DNA of 46,506 nt from Sphingomonadaceae bacterium. GTDB lineage: Bacteria > Pseudomonadota > Gammaproteobacteria > Burkholderiales > Burkholderiaceae_D. A program made the translations under genes and the position numbers. The stretch lies in assembly GCA_041730475.1 (NCBI GenBank), contig JBGSBQ010000001.1, forward strand, positions 1 through 46,506. The letters are read 5' to 3'. The notes beneath the pieces were generated by a model that was not told the origin of the DNA, made no database searches, and worked only from the letters and a program-made list of their open reading frames with translations. This document shows positions 21,364-31,289 of this stretch, piece after piece; position 1 is the first letter of the stretch, and each line of letters begins with the position of its first letter.

Positions 21364-21966
21364 TTAGAAGTTGTAGCGCACGCCAGCGGTAATCGCGCCC
21401 GTCTTGCGGCCCTGATCGATGTCGTTCTTGCCGTAGTGTTCGTACTCCAGCGTCAGGGCCACATTCTTGTTCAGCGAATATTCGCCGCCCACCGACGCAT
21501 ACAGCGCATTCTTATTGCCGCTGCCGCCCAGTCCAGCCGTCGCCGCAGCGCCGGTCGCATCGATGCTGCCGTGGTTGCGCGCCACGCCCAGTTTACCGAA
21601 GACATTAAACTGCTCATTCACCGGGAAGGTACCCTTGCCGGCCACGTACCAAGTATGGGAATCGCTCTCCAGACGGCCAGCGGTGCCCCCCAGTGCATAG
21701 TTGTAGCTCTGGCTGCCGAAGTCGGTATAGCCGCCTTCCACTGCCCAGGTCTTGTCGAGGTTATAGCCGGCAAACAGCTTGCCGCTGGCCTTGTTGCCAC
21801 TATGGTCATCGGAGCTGGTCGCGCCCGGCACATCGAAGGAATAACGGCTGCCGACCAGACCAGCGCCGATGTAGGCGCTGCCCGGCTCGTTGTCGGCTGC
21901 CGAGGCAGTACTCATGCCGCCCAGGGCGGTAACAGAGGCAATCAATGCGAACAGAATTTTTTTCAT
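21364..21966 (-). CDS. OmpA-like outer-membrane beta-barrel protein
   Basis: Signal peptide, amphipathic strands, AVEGGYTDFG, C-terminal YNF. Confidence 0.9.
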   Translation of the reverse strand: MKKILFALIASVTALGGMSTASAADNEPGSAYIGAGLVGSRYSFDVPGATSSDDHSGNKASGKLFAGYNLDKTWAVEGGYTDFGSQSYNYALGGTAGRLESDSHTWYVAGKGTFPVNEQFNVFGKLGVARNHGSIDATGAAATAGLGGSGNKNALYASVGGEYSLNKNVALTLEYEHYGKNDIDQGRKTGAITAGVRYNF

Positions 21967-22230
21967 GATGAGATCTTTCAGCAGGTGTTGTTAGAGGTCT
22001 TGCTTGGGATCGCAGTTCTCTGAATTGCGATGTAGCCAAGATAGCACCGCCCACCCCCAACGTCCGCCCTGATTGCGTAAGAAGTGTGTCCATATGTAAG
22101 CGACGATAGAGTTTAAATAGACGAAGTTATGAATACTTAAGCCGAACTTAAGGTTTTCCTGTGTTTCCACGGTAGCGCCCTGAGATACCCTCGGCAGCGT
22201 CTGCCAGCACTTGTGCGTATAATTTTTTGC

Positions 22231-22884
22231 ATGACAACCTACAACCTGTTTGACGATGCCGACGACGCGCCGTGGACCGAAACGCTGGCGCCCGGCGCCG
22301 TCGTGCTGCGCCGCTTTGCGGCCGCCGATGCCAGCGCGCTGCTGACGGCCATCCACCAGCTCACCGGTCAGGCGCCGCTCCGCCACATGCTGACCCCGAA
22401 TGGCTTCCAGATGTCGGTCACGATGAGCAATTGCGGCGACGTCGGCTGGGTCAGCGACCGCCACGGCTACCGCTACGACGCCGTCGATCCGGCCAGCGGC
22501 CAGCCATGGCCGGCGCTGCCGCCGCTCTTCCTGACGCTGGCCGCAGGCGCGGCGGCAGCGGCCGGCTATGCCGACTTCGTGCCGGATGCCTGCCTGATCA
22601 ACTGCTACCTGCCCGGCACCAAGATGTCGCTGCATCAGGACCGCGACGAGCGCGACACCAGCCAGCCCATCGTCTCGGTCTCGCTCGGGATTCCGGCCAC
22701 CTTCCAGTTTGGCGGCGCGCGCCGCACCGACCCCAGCGTCAAGGTGGCGCTGACCCATGGCGATGTAGTGGTCTGGGGCGGCCCGACCCGGCTCAACTTC
22801 CACGGCGTGCTGCCGCTGAAACCGGCCAGCCATGCGGCCACCGGCGAACGGCGTTTCAACCTGACGTTCCGCAAGGCGCGCTAG
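22231..22884 (+). CDS. alkB: Alpha-ketoglutarate-dependent DNA demethylase
   Basis: TPNGFQMSV, PDACLIN, LHQDRDE, FHGV, RFNLTFR. Confidence 0.96.
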   Translation: MTTYNLFDDADDAPWTETLAPGAVVLRRFAAADASALLTAIHQLTGQAPLRHMLTPNGFQMSVTMSNCGDVGWVSDRHGYRYDAVDPASGQPWPALPPLFLTLAAGAAAAAGYADFVPDACLINCYLPGTKMSLHQDRDERDTSQPIVSVSLGIPATFQFGGARRTDPSVKVALTHGDVVVWGGPTRLNFHGVLPLKPASHAATGERRFNLTFRKAR

Positions 22885-22921
22885 GCGCGCTATGATGACG
22901 GCTCCACCAAGGAGAGCCCGT

Positions 22922-23500
22922 ATGAAAAAACGCCAGTTCCTGAGTGCCGCCGCGCTGGCCAGTAGCGCCCTGCCCGCATTGGGCCGCGCCGCCAGCACCA
23001 GCACGCCCGGCCCAACGCTGTTGACGGTCACCGGCGCCATCAAGGCCAACCGCGGCCGCTTCGACCCGTTGCGCGACCAGATGATGCACAAGCAAAAGCT
23101 GAGCTTTGAACTGGCCCATGTCTTCGATTTTGCCGCGCTGTGCGCGCTGCCTGCCTTTACCATCCGGCCCACGCTGGAATACGACGGCAAGCAGCACACA
23201 CTGAGTGGTCCGGCCTTGCTGGATGTGGTGCGGGCGGCCGGCGCCGCCGTCAGCGACAGCGGCAAGCTGGTGTTACGGGCCGTGGATGGCTATGCGGCGA
23301 CGATGACGGTGGCGCAGGCCCGCGCGCAGCGCATGCTGGTCGCCACCCACATGGATGGGCAAGCGATGGCACTGGGCGGACTCGGCCCGCTATGGGCAAT
23401 CTATGATGCGGACAAGGTGCCGGAGATGGCAGCGAAACCCCTCGCGGAACGCTTTGGCGCGTGTCCGTGGGCGCTGTATCACGTCGACGTCCAGGCCTGA
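22922..23500 (+). CDS. Exported molybdopterin-oxidoreductase-like domain protein
   Basis: Tat-like KRQFL leader; LTVTGAI, SGPALLDV, AVDGY, GGLGPLW. Confidence 0.65.
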   Translation: MKKRQFLSAAALASSALPALGRAASTSTPGPTLLTVTGAIKANRGRFDPLRDQMMHKQKLSFELAHVFDFAALCALPAFTIRPTLEYDGKQHTLSGPALLDVVRAAGAAVSDSGKLVLRAVDGYAATMTVAQARAQRMLVATHMDGQAMALGGLGPLWAIYDADKVPEMAAKPLAERFGACPWALYHVDVQA

Positions 23501-23539
23501 ACCGGGACGTGACGCAAGCGGACAGTTGGAGAAGCTGGC

Positions 23540-23902
23540 TTAAGCGTACGCTTCGGCCAGCGTCATCACGCGTGGCGTGATTTCGATGCCGATGCCGCTG
23601 AACAGGCTCTTGATGGCGGCCATATTGGCTTCACACTCTTCCGCCTTCCAGCCCTGGAACAGGTCGGTGCCGTCCTTCTGGAAATGCAGATCGAGTACCT
23701 TGCCGCGGTCTTTGTGGGTGTAACCACCGCTGTAGGTATTCTTGAATCCCATGGCAGCCAGCGCTGCCAGGACTTCGGTCGGCTGGTTATCCGGGTCGGT
23801 CGCGAGGAAGACGCCATAGGTCTTGCCAGGAGGCTTAGCTGCAATGTCGACTTCGTAGATACCGGGAGCCTTGGTGACCGTCGTACTTTTCAGAAATAAC
23901 AT
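23540..23902 (-). CDS. Hypothetical protein (120 aa)
   Basis: Clean ORF with host codon usage; GGGG/AGGA SD-like sequence upstream. Confidence 0.75.
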   Translation of the reverse strand: MLFLKSTTVTKAPGIYEVDIAAKPPGKTYGVFLATDPDNQPTEVLAALAAMGFKNTYSGGYTHKDRGKVLDLHFQKDGTDLFQGWKAEECEANMAAIKSLFSGIGIEITPRVMTLAEAYA

Positions 23903-24079
23903 GTTCCTACCCCTATACAAATGACCCGGGACTTGCCCTGGCGCACGTTCTTGACTTGTTTTTCTGAGTGCTTAACTTTTCGGAAAAAAGATTCCAAGAA
24001 ACAAGCTTATTGCTAATTCCAAGGTTTGTCGACTACTCCAGCCATTTATTTACGAAAGCGTACCAATAAAACGGCAGCG

Positions 24080-24913
24080 TCACACGGATCCGGCCGCACG
24101 CTTGCGTTTGGCAAGCTCCTGCGTCGGCGCCACCAGTGCCTCGTACAGGCGTCCTGTGGCACCGTCCCACTGCGCCACAGCTTGCTGCTGGCGTGACACC
24201 GTCGCCATGTCGCCGCGTGCCACCGGGCCGCTGAGGGCGCTGGCAGCCCCCAGCCGGAACACATTGGCCAGCGATTCCGTCGCCAGCGGCTGCGCCATCT
24301 GGCGTGCCACCGGCTCCGGGATGCCGGCCGCCTGATAGGCGCGCAGGGCGGCATCCAGCACCGTCACAAGATAGTTGCTGGCAAACACAGCCGCAGCGTG
24401 ATACACGGTCTTGGCGCTGGCATCGATGGTCACCGGCTGCGCCCCGATCGCCGTCAGCGCCGGCAACAGCAGTTCCAGCGCCGCTGGCGCCCCCTCGACA
24501 CCGCAGAAGGTGCCGGCAAAACTGGCCACCACGGCGGCCGGGTCGGCAAAGCTGCGGATGGGATGGACGCTGGCCACATGGGCACCGGCCGCACTGGCGG
24601 CCGCCATCTGGCTAGAGGCCAGCGCGCCGCTGCAATGGCACACCACGGCACCGGCCAGCGGCAGCGCTTGCGCCAGCGCCAGTGCCGCCGGCACGATCTG
24701 GTCATCGCCGACGGCCAGCAGATAGACATCGGCCGGCCGCAGCTCGGCATACTGGCTGACGGCGCGCCCGGCGCCGATAAAGTCCACCGCCTGCTGCGCC
24801 GACGCTTCGGAGCGGGTCAGCACGTCCTGCAGCTGGAAGATGCCCGCACTGCTGAGCAGACGGCCCAGCGTGCGGCCCACATGGCCAGCGCCGATCAGAT
24901 TCAGGGTCAGCAT
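24080..24913 (-). CDS. Rossmann-like/DUF2520 oxidoreductase (PanG-like)
   Basis: IGAGHVG, HCSGA, SVHP..SF, YHAAAVFASNY, LSGPVARGD. Confidence 0.88.
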   Translation of the reverse strand: MLTLNLIGAGHVGRTLGRLLSSAGIFQLQDVLTRSEASAQQAVDFIGAGRAVSQYAELRPADVYLLAVGDDQIVPAALALAQALPLAGAVVCHCSGALASSQMAAASAAGAHVASVHPIRSFADPAAVVASFAGTFCGVEGAPAALELLLPALTAIGAQPVTIDASAKTVYHAAAVFASNYLVTVLDAALRAYQAAGIPEPVARQMAQPLATESLANVFRLGAASALSGPVARGDMATVSRQQQAVAQWDGATGRLYEALVAPTQELAKRKRAAGSV

Positions 24914-24924
24914 CGCGGCCCGCC

Positions 24925-25671
24925 TCAGTTGCGCGCGTGAGTCAGCTGGAAGCCGTCGATACCGTCGAAGGCAGCCAGCTCAGCCGACAGCACCGACAGC
25001 GGTGCGCCACTGTGCTTGCCCAGCGCGATGGCGACGAAGCGCCATTCCTGCATGCCGCGGTCGAGGCTGATCATCAGCGAGCCGCTGGCGATCTCATAGC
25101 CGCGCACCAGCGCCATCTCGCGCAGCGCCTGTTCCTGCGGCAGGTAGCCGGGCTTGAAGCGCATCGTAATCGCCACCGCATGGCGCGACGGCAGCCGCGA
25201 TTCCAGCCGCGACATGTACATCATCGTCGAGGCGCACAGCAGCGACAAACCCATCGCCGACAGGTAAAAGCCGAGACCGACCAGCACGCCGATCACCGAC
25301 GAGGCCCAGATTGAGGCCGCCGTCGTCAGGCCGCTGATATTGAAGCCTTCGCGCATGATGACGCCGGCACCGAGGAAACCGATGCCGCTGACGATACCCT
25401 GAATCACCCGGGTCGGATCCACCGTGCCCACCACATGCGCCGCGTGGCCGCCGAACCAGTAGCCGGGGTAGCCCACCACCACCGTCAGCGCGGCCGACGC
25501 CATGCACACCAGACCATAGGTACGCATGCCGGCCGCCCGGCCATGGTAGGCCCGTTCATAGCCCACCATCAGTCCGAGCGCCAGCGCACCCAGCAGGTTG
25601 AACAGGATCACGACATTGGTGGCCAGTTCGCCGGACGACCAGTAAGCGCTGAGGAATTCAATCGCAGGCAT
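24925..25671 (-). CDS. MgtC/SapB family membrane protein
   Basis: GYER, AGMRTY, DPTRVIQGIVSGIGFLGAG, GLTTAASIW. Confidence 0.93.
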   Translation of the reverse strand: MPAIEFLSAYWSSGELATNVVILFNLLGALALGLMVGYERAYHGRAAGMRTYGLVCMASAALTVVVGYPGYWFGGHAAHVVGTVDPTRVIQGIVSGIGFLGAGVIMREGFNISGLTTAASIWASSVIGVLVGLGFYLSAMGLSLLCASTMMYMSRLESRLPSRHAVAITMRFKPGYLPQEQALREMALVRGYEIASGSLMISLDRGMQEWRFVAIALGKHSGAPLSVLSAELAAFDGIDGFQLTHARN

Positions 25672-25675
25672 AGGA

Positions 25676-25942
25676 TTACTCGCCCTGTGGCGGTTTTTTG
25701 ACTAATTGTTTTTCGAACGCGACATCGAGCTTGCTGACGCGGCGTGGCGTCTGCGGCCCCAGTCCGTTGACGAAGGCGACGAATTCATCGAGTTCCAGCG
25801 GCGCGCACAGCGGTGGCAGGCCGGGGCCTTCAGTCAGGAAAAAGTGGCCGCTGCCGGTACGCGACATGGTGTATTTGGTGTTACCACTGCGGACCTTGAG
25901 GCGGTCGATGGCGGAGGTGGCCCGGGTCGAACGCGCGCTCAT
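25676..25942 (-). CDS. Small hypothetical protein
   Basis: ATGA overlap with the aminopeptidase stop; ends 4 bp before the MgtC start. Confidence 0.7.
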   Translation of the reverse strand: MSARSTRATSAIDRLKVRSGNTKYTMSRTGSGHFFLTEGPGLPPLCAPLELDEFVAFVNGLGPQTPRRVSKLDVAFEKQLVKKPPQGE

Positions 25943-27774
25943 ACCGCCTCCGTCCGCTGTTCCAGCCACGCCAGCGCGGCGCCGCTGACGTGCGGCTGCA
26001 AGCGCGCCCGCACCGTGGCGTGGTAATCATTCAGCCAGCGCCGTTCATCGTCGCGCAGCAGCTCCGGCGCCAGGCAGCGGGTATCGATCGGGCACAGGGT
26101 CAGCGTTTCAAACTGCAGGAACTCGCCAAACTCGCTGGCTGCGGCGGCGCAGTTCAGCACCAGATTCTCGATCCGTATGCCCCACTGGCCGGGGCGGTAG
26201 ATGCCCGGCTCGATCGAGGTGATCATGCCCGCCTCCATCGCCGTATGCGGCTCCGGCATGGCCGATTGCGAAATCGACTGCGGACCTTCGTGGACGTTCA
26301 GGAAGTAGCCGACGCCGTGCCCGGTGCCGTGGCCGAAATCGATGCCCTCGGCCCACAACGGGGCGCGCGCGATCGCATCCAGCATCGGCGATTTCACGCC
26401 GCGCGGGAAGCGCGCCGACGACAGCGCGATCACGCCTTTCAGCACCAGCGTGAAGTCGCGCCGCTGCGCCGCCGTCACCTGACCGACGCCGACCACGCGC
26501 GTGATGTCGGTGGTGCCGCCGAGGTACTGGCCGCCCGAGTCGATCAGCAGCAGGCCATCGCCTTCAATCAGGGCATGGCGTTGTTCGGTGGCGCGGTAAT
26601 GCATGATGGCGCCGTTCGGGCCAAAGCCGGCGATGGTCGAGAAGCTGGGGCTGACGTAAGCGGGACGGCGTGCACGTGCGGCCGTGATCTGGCGGTCGAT
26701 CTCCAGTTCCGTCAACGGCGCGCGGGCCGGGTCGGCCAGCGTTTGCTCCAGCCATGCGAAGAATTCACACAGCGCGGCACCATCCTGTTCCATGGTGGCG
26801 CGCACGTGCACGACATCGGCCTCGCTCTTGCGCGACTTCGACAGCGTGCTCGGATTGATCGCTTCCACCACCGTCACGCTGGACGGGATCAGCAAGCGGG
26901 TGCCATGCGTGATGCGGCGCGGATCGAGCAGCAGCACCAGCTCACCCGGTGGTGGTGGCGCCAGTGCGGCCAGCGCTGCGCCGAGTGCCGCATACGGCGC
27001 GATATCGACGCCATCTTCGGCCAGCGTGGCACGCAAATCCGCTGCAATCTTGCCGTCGGCGACAAACAGCGTGGCGCGTTGCGGCCCGACCAGCGCGTGG
27101 GCCAAGAATACCGGGTTGTAATGGACGTCCGCACCGCGCAGGTTGAATAGATAGGCGATATCGTCCAGCGTCGAGATCAGGTGATGGCTGGCGCCGTGCT
27201 GGCCCATCGCCGTGCGCAGCAAGGCCAGCTTGCCGATCCGGCTCTGCGACGCATACGGCGGCAGGTGTTCAACCACCGGGGCCGCCGGCAACGCCGGACG
27301 CGCGTGCCATACCGTGTCGAGCAGATCGACATCGGTGCGCAGCAGCACCGCGCGCGGCGCCAGCGCCTGCGCCAGCTGGCGGCCGATCGCCAGACCCAGC
27401 ACGGCGCCATCGACGGCCAGCGTCTGGCCCGGCTTCAGGTAGCTGGCCAGCCAGTCGATGTACTGCACGCTGGCGCCCGAGGTCAGCTTCATCAGCTGGA
27501 TGCCGGTGCCGGCCAGCTCCGTCTCGGCCTGCGCCCAATAGCGCGCATCAGTCCAGACGCCGGCAAATTCCTGCGTCACGATCAGGGTCCCAACCGAGCC
27601 CGTAAAGCCCGACAGCCACTGGCGGCCCTGCCAGCGCGCCGGCAGATATTCGGACAGGTGCGGGTCGGCCGACGGCACCATCAGCGCGTCAAACTGCTGC
27701 AGGCGCAGCGCTTGCCGCAGTGCGGCAATGCGGCCAGGGATATCGGAAGGGGAGGAAGCAGCGGAAGTATGCAT
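25939..27774 (-). CDS. Xaa-Pro aminopeptidase (M24B)
   Basis: DPHLSEY, DSGGQY..GTTDITR, HGTGHGVG..LNVHEGP, EPGIY, GIRIEN. Confidence 0.95.
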   Translation of the reverse strand: MHTSAASSPSDIPGRIAALRQALRLQQFDALMVPSADPHLSEYLPARWQGRQWLSGFTGSVGTLIVTQEFAGVWTDARYWAQAETELAGTGIQLMKLTSGASVQYIDWLASYLKPGQTLAVDGAVLGLAIGRQLAQALAPRAVLLRTDVDLLDTVWHARPALPAAPVVEHLPPYASQSRIGKLALLRTAMGQHGASHHLISTLDDIAYLFNLRGADVHYNPVFLAHALVGPQRATLFVADGKIAADLRATLAEDGVDIAPYAALGAALAALAPPPPGELVLLLDPRRITHGTRLLIPSSVTVVEAINPSTLSKSRKSEADVVHVRATMEQDGAALCEFFAWLEQTLADPARAPLTELEIDRQITAARARRPAYVSPSFSTIAGFGPNGAIMHYRATEQRHALIEGDGLLLIDSGGQYLGGTTDITRVVGVGQVTAAQRRDFTLVLKGVIALSSARFPRGVKSPMLDAIARAPLWAEGIDFGHGTGHGVGYFLNVHEGPQSISQSAMPEPHTAMEAGMITSIEPGIYRPGQWGIRIENLVLNCAAAASEFGEFLQFETLTLCPIDTRCLAPELLRDDERRWLNDYHATVRARLQPHVSGAALAWLEQRTEAV

Positions 27775-27922
27775 GGATCAAATCAGAATTCAGGCCTGCC
27801 GCCCAAGGCGGCGCTAGGCCCCATCATACCGCGATTGCCCGGGGGCAGGTTGGTGCATTGTCATTGCGCTGGCGCCAAGGCCGGGCAAGCGTAACGTGCT
27901 CCAATTCACTTCTGCGCTGAGC

Positions 27923-27951
27923 TTGTTGCGCGCATGACCAAGCGCTATATT
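27923..27951 (+). promoter_or_regulatory. Putative higBA promoter
   Basis: TTGTTG-17 bp-TATATT ending 4 bp before the higB ATG. Confidence 0.45.
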
Positions 27952-27955
27952 TATC

Positions 27956-28234
27956 ATGATCGCCTCCTTCCGGCACAAGGGCTTGCAGCACTACTTCGAC
28001 ACCGGCAGCGTGGCCGGCATCCAACCCGTCCATGCGCGAAGATTGCAGACTTTACTAGCCGCATTACAATTTGCGAAAGCAATCGACGACATGGATGTAC
28101 CGGGATACAGCCTGCATGCTTTGCGCCGATTTACGCCACCACGCTGGTCGGTTAAAGTCAACGGAAACTGGCGAATGACGTTTGCATTTCATGACGGAAA
28201 AGCTTTTGCAGTAGATTATGAGGATTATCACTAA
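27956..28234 (+). CDS. higB: HigB (RelE/ParE family) toxin
   Basis: MIASFRHKGL, LHAL, WSVKVNGNWRMTF, VDYEDYH. Confidence 0.92.
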   Translation: MIASFRHKGLQHYFDTGSVAGIQPVHARRLQTLLAALQFAKAIDDMDVPGYSLHALRRFTPPRWSVKVNGNWRMTFAFHDGKAFAVDYEDYH

Positions 28235-28509
28235 TGGACATGTATAACCCCCCTTCACCGGGCGACTTTATAATCGAAAGCTATCTTAAACCTCAGGGAA
28301 TCAGCGGCAGGGAGTGCGCCGGGCGCATGGGTATAACGGCATCAACTTTTCAGCGCATTCTCAGTGGCAAGGGACGCATCGATGCGGCGATGGCGCAGAG
28401 GCTGTCCAGCACGTTGGGGCGCTCAGCGGAAAGCTGGCTGGCCATGCAGCAGGGATATGATCGCTGGCTGATCCGGCAACAGGCTGCTGGCAAGGTCGCT
28501 GAAGCTTAA
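28234..28509 (+). CDS. higA: HigA antitoxin (Xre HTH)
   Basis: PPSPGDFI, HTH, LGRSAESWLAMQ..YD; TAATG coupling to the toxin. Confidence 0.92.
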   Translation: MDMYNPPSPGDFIIESYLKPQGISGRECAGRMGITASTFQRILSGKGRIDAAMAQRLSSTLGRSAESWLAMQQGYDRWLIRQQAAGKVAEA

Positions 28510-29198
28510 GTGCTACCTTCGTAACGCCGCAAGCCGTCGAGGTCAAGGATGCGGATGCCGCCGTAGTCGAGCCGCAGCAGACCTTCGCGCTCCAGCAGCT
28601 GCAGCGCCTGATTGGCACGCTGGCGCGAGGCGCCCGACAGAAAGCCCAGCTCTTCCTGCGAAATCTGCACCAGCGGCTCCAGCCCCGGATACAGGTGCGA
28701 GTTGAACATTGAGGCCAGGCAGCGCGCCACCCGTGTGTCGAGGTCCAGCAAGCGGTCATTCTCGACCATACCGATGAATTGCCCGAGGCGCTCATTCAGC
28801 TGCATCAGCAAAAACCGTGTAAACGGTAAACTCGATTCCAGCAGCCAATGGAAAGTGGCGGCCGGCATGCGCGCGATGCGGCTGTCGCGCAAGGCCATGG
28901 CGTCATATTTCAGGCGCTCATGCTTGAGCAGCGAGCCCTCACCAAACCAGCCGCCCGGTGGCACGCCGGTAAATGTCACGCTCTTGCCGCTGGCAGAAAA
29001 ATTGTTCATCTTCACCATGCCACCGACGATGCCGATCCAGTTCTCCACCATGTCGCCTTTACGGCACACATACCCGCCCTTGGGCACGAACGTTTCAAAG
29101 GTATCGGCCTCGACCCGCGCCATCTGTTCCGGCGTCAGGTTCTGGGCCCAGATCGCCGAACGCAGCGATTGTTGTAGTGTCGGTTCAAGTTTTGCCAT
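28506..29198 (-). CDS. Crp/Fnr-family transcriptional regulator
   Basis: GGWFGEGS, SQEELGFLSGASRQRANQAL. Confidence 0.92.
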   Translation of the reverse strand: MAKLEPTLQQSLRSAIWAQNLTPEQMARVEADTFETFVPKGGYVCRKGDMVENWIGIVGGMVKMNNFSASGKSVTFTGVPPGGWFGEGSLLKHERLKYDAMALRDSRIARMPAATFHWLLESSLPFTRFLLMQLNERLGQFIGMVENDRLLDLDTRVARCLASMFNSHLYPGLEPLVQISQEELGFLSGASRQRANQALQLLEREGLLRLDYGGIRILDLDGLRRYEGST

Positions 29199-29230
29199 TA
29201 TTGCATCGCACCATAGAAAAGTCCGCCAAT

Positions 29231-29246
29231 TGTCCCCGAAATGACA
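29231..29246. promoter_or_regulatory. Candidate Crp-family operator TGTC-N8-GACA
   Basis: 16-bp palindrome with CRP-like geometry in the crp/fadD divergent region. Confidence 0.45.
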
Positions 29247-29345
29247 ACGTGGCGAGGCATGTCACGCTACTATCATCACACAAAAAAGGCACCTTACCCC
29301 GGATTCGCTACGCGGACCGGCAAGGTGACCGCACAGGAGACACTA

Positions 29346-31289
29346 GTGCAGACATCATTGGAGACATTCCCGCGCCGGCTGCTTGAGCATGGCCGGGTGC
29401 GGCCGGGTAAGCCAGCCTTCCGCGAGAAATACCTCGGCATCTGGCAGAGCTGGAACTGGGCCCAGGTGAACGAGGAAGTGCGCGCGCTAGCCTGCGGGCT
29501 GGCAGCGATCGGCTACGGTCGCGGCATGAACCTCGCCATCATCGGCGACAACCGCCCGCGCCTGTACTGGGCCATGCTGGCAGCCCAGTGCCTCGGCGGC
29601 GTCCCGGTGCCGCTGTATCAGGATGCGCCAGCTGCCGACATGGCCTTCGTGCTGGAAAACGCCGAGATCCGTTACGCCATCGTCGAGGATCAGGAACAAG
29701 TCGACAAGCTGCTGGAACTGCAAACGCTGTATCCGCACGTCAGCCACGTCGCCTATGACGATGCACGCGGCATGCGCCACTACCAGCAGCAGGACCTGAT
29801 CTCGCTGGACCGCCTGCAGGAACTGGGGCGCGCCTATGACGCCGCCCATCCCGGCTTCTACGACGCCGCTATCGCCGCCGGTCAGGGCAGCGACAACGCC
29901 ATCATCCTGTACACCTCCGGCACCACCGGCAAACCGAAAGGCGTATGCCAGACCCACGCCGCGCTGATCGCCGCTGGCACCGGCGGCGTTGGCTTCGAGC
30001 AGCTGACCGATGCCGAAGACATCCTGTCCTACCTGCCGATGGCCTGGGTCGGCGACTGCCTGTTCTCGTTCGCACAGGCGATGGCGGCCGGCTTCACCGT
30101 CAACTGCCCTGAGTCGAGCGACACCGTGATGACCGACATGCGCGAAATCGGCCCGACCTACTACTTCGCCCCGCCGCGCGTGTTCGAAAACATGCTGACC
30201 ACGGTGATGATACGGATGGAAGACGCCGGCCTGCTGAAGCGCCGCATGTTCCATCACTTCATGGCCGTGGCGCGCCGCAGCGGCGCCGCCATCCTCGATG
30301 GCAAGCCGGTGCCGCTGTCCGAACGCATCGCCTACGCCATCGGCCAGCTGCTGGTGTATGGCCCGCTGAAAAATGTACTCGGCCTGTCGCGGGTACGGGT
30401 CGCCTACACTGCTGGTGCCGCCATCGGCCCCGACCTATTCCGCTTCTACCGCTCGATCGGCGTCAATCTGAAGCAGTTTTACGGCTCGACCGAAACCTGC
30501 GCCTACATCTGCTTGCAACCGGATGGCAAGATCAAGTTCGATAGCGTCGGCCTGCCCGCGCCCGGCGTGGAAGTCAAACTGGCCGCCAATGGCGAGGTGC
30601 TGGTCAAGTCGCCGACGCTGATGGACGGCTATTTCAAGCGCCCCGACGCCACCAGCGAAGCGATCGACGCCGACGGCTATTTCCATACCGGCGATGCCGG
30701 TCTGTTCGACCACGAAGGCCACCTGAAAATCATCGACCGCGCGGCCGATGTCGGCAAGATGGCGTGCGGCACCATCTTCGCGCCCAACTACATCGAGAAC
30801 AAGCTGAAGTTCTTCCCCTTCATCAAGGAAGCAGTGGCGTTCGGCCATCAGCGCGTACAAGTCTGCGCCTTCATCAACATCGACATGGAAGCAGTCGGCA
30901 ACTGGGCCGAGCGGCGCGGTATTGCCTACTCCGGTTACACCGATCTGGCGGCCCATGCGCAAACCTATGAGCTGATCCGCGACTGCATCCAGCAGGTGAA
31001 CGCCGATCTGGCCGCCGAAGACCTGATGGGCGGCACCCAGATCGCACGCTTCCTGGTGCTGCACAAGGAACTGGACCCGGACGACGATGAGCTGACCCGC
31101 ACCCGCAAGGTGCGCCGCAAGTTCATCGCCGAAAAATACGCGCTGCTGATCGAGGCCCTGTACAGCGGCCAGACTTCGCAGTACATCGAGACTCAGGTCA
31201 AGTTCGAGGATGGCCGCAGCGGCATGGTGGCGGCGGACCTGAAGATCTGGGAAGCCAAGACCTTCCCCGCCGTGCAAGCCGCGGCATGA
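29346..31289 (+). CDS. Long-chain fatty acid-CoA ligase (AMP-binding)
   Basis: YTSGTTGKPKG, YGSTE, FHTGDAG, ELTRTRKVRR; GTG start after CAGGAG. Confidence 0.92.
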   Translation: MQTSLETFPRRLLEHGRVRPGKPAFREKYLGIWQSWNWAQVNEEVRALACGLAAIGYGRGMNLAIIGDNRPRLYWAMLAAQCLGGVPVPLYQDAPAADMAFVLENAEIRYAIVEDQEQVDKLLELQTLYPHVSHVAYDDARGMRHYQQQDLISLDRLQELGRAYDAAHPGFYDAAIAAGQGSDNAIILYTSGTTGKPKGVCQTHAALIAAGTGGVGFEQLTDAEDILSYLPMAWVGDCLFSFAQAMAAGFTVNCPESSDTVMTDMREIGPTYYFAPPRVFENMLTTVMIRMEDAGLLKRRMFHHFMAVARRSGAAILDGKPVPLSERIAYAIGQLLVYGPLKNVLGLSRVRVAYTAGAAIGPDLFRFYRSIGVNLKQFYGSTETCAYICLQPDGKIKFDSVGLPAPGVEVKLAANGEVLVKSPTLMDGYFKRPDATSEAIDADGYFHTGDAGLFDHEGHLKIIDRAADVGKMACGTIFAPNYIENKLKFFPFIKEAVAFGHQRVQVCAFINIDMEAVGNWAERRGIAYSGYTDLAAHAQTYELIRDCIQQVNADLAAEDLMGGTQIARFLVLHKELDPDDDELTRTRKVRRKFIAEKYALLIEALYSGQTSQYIETQVKFEDGRSGMVAADLKIWEAKTFPAVQAAA

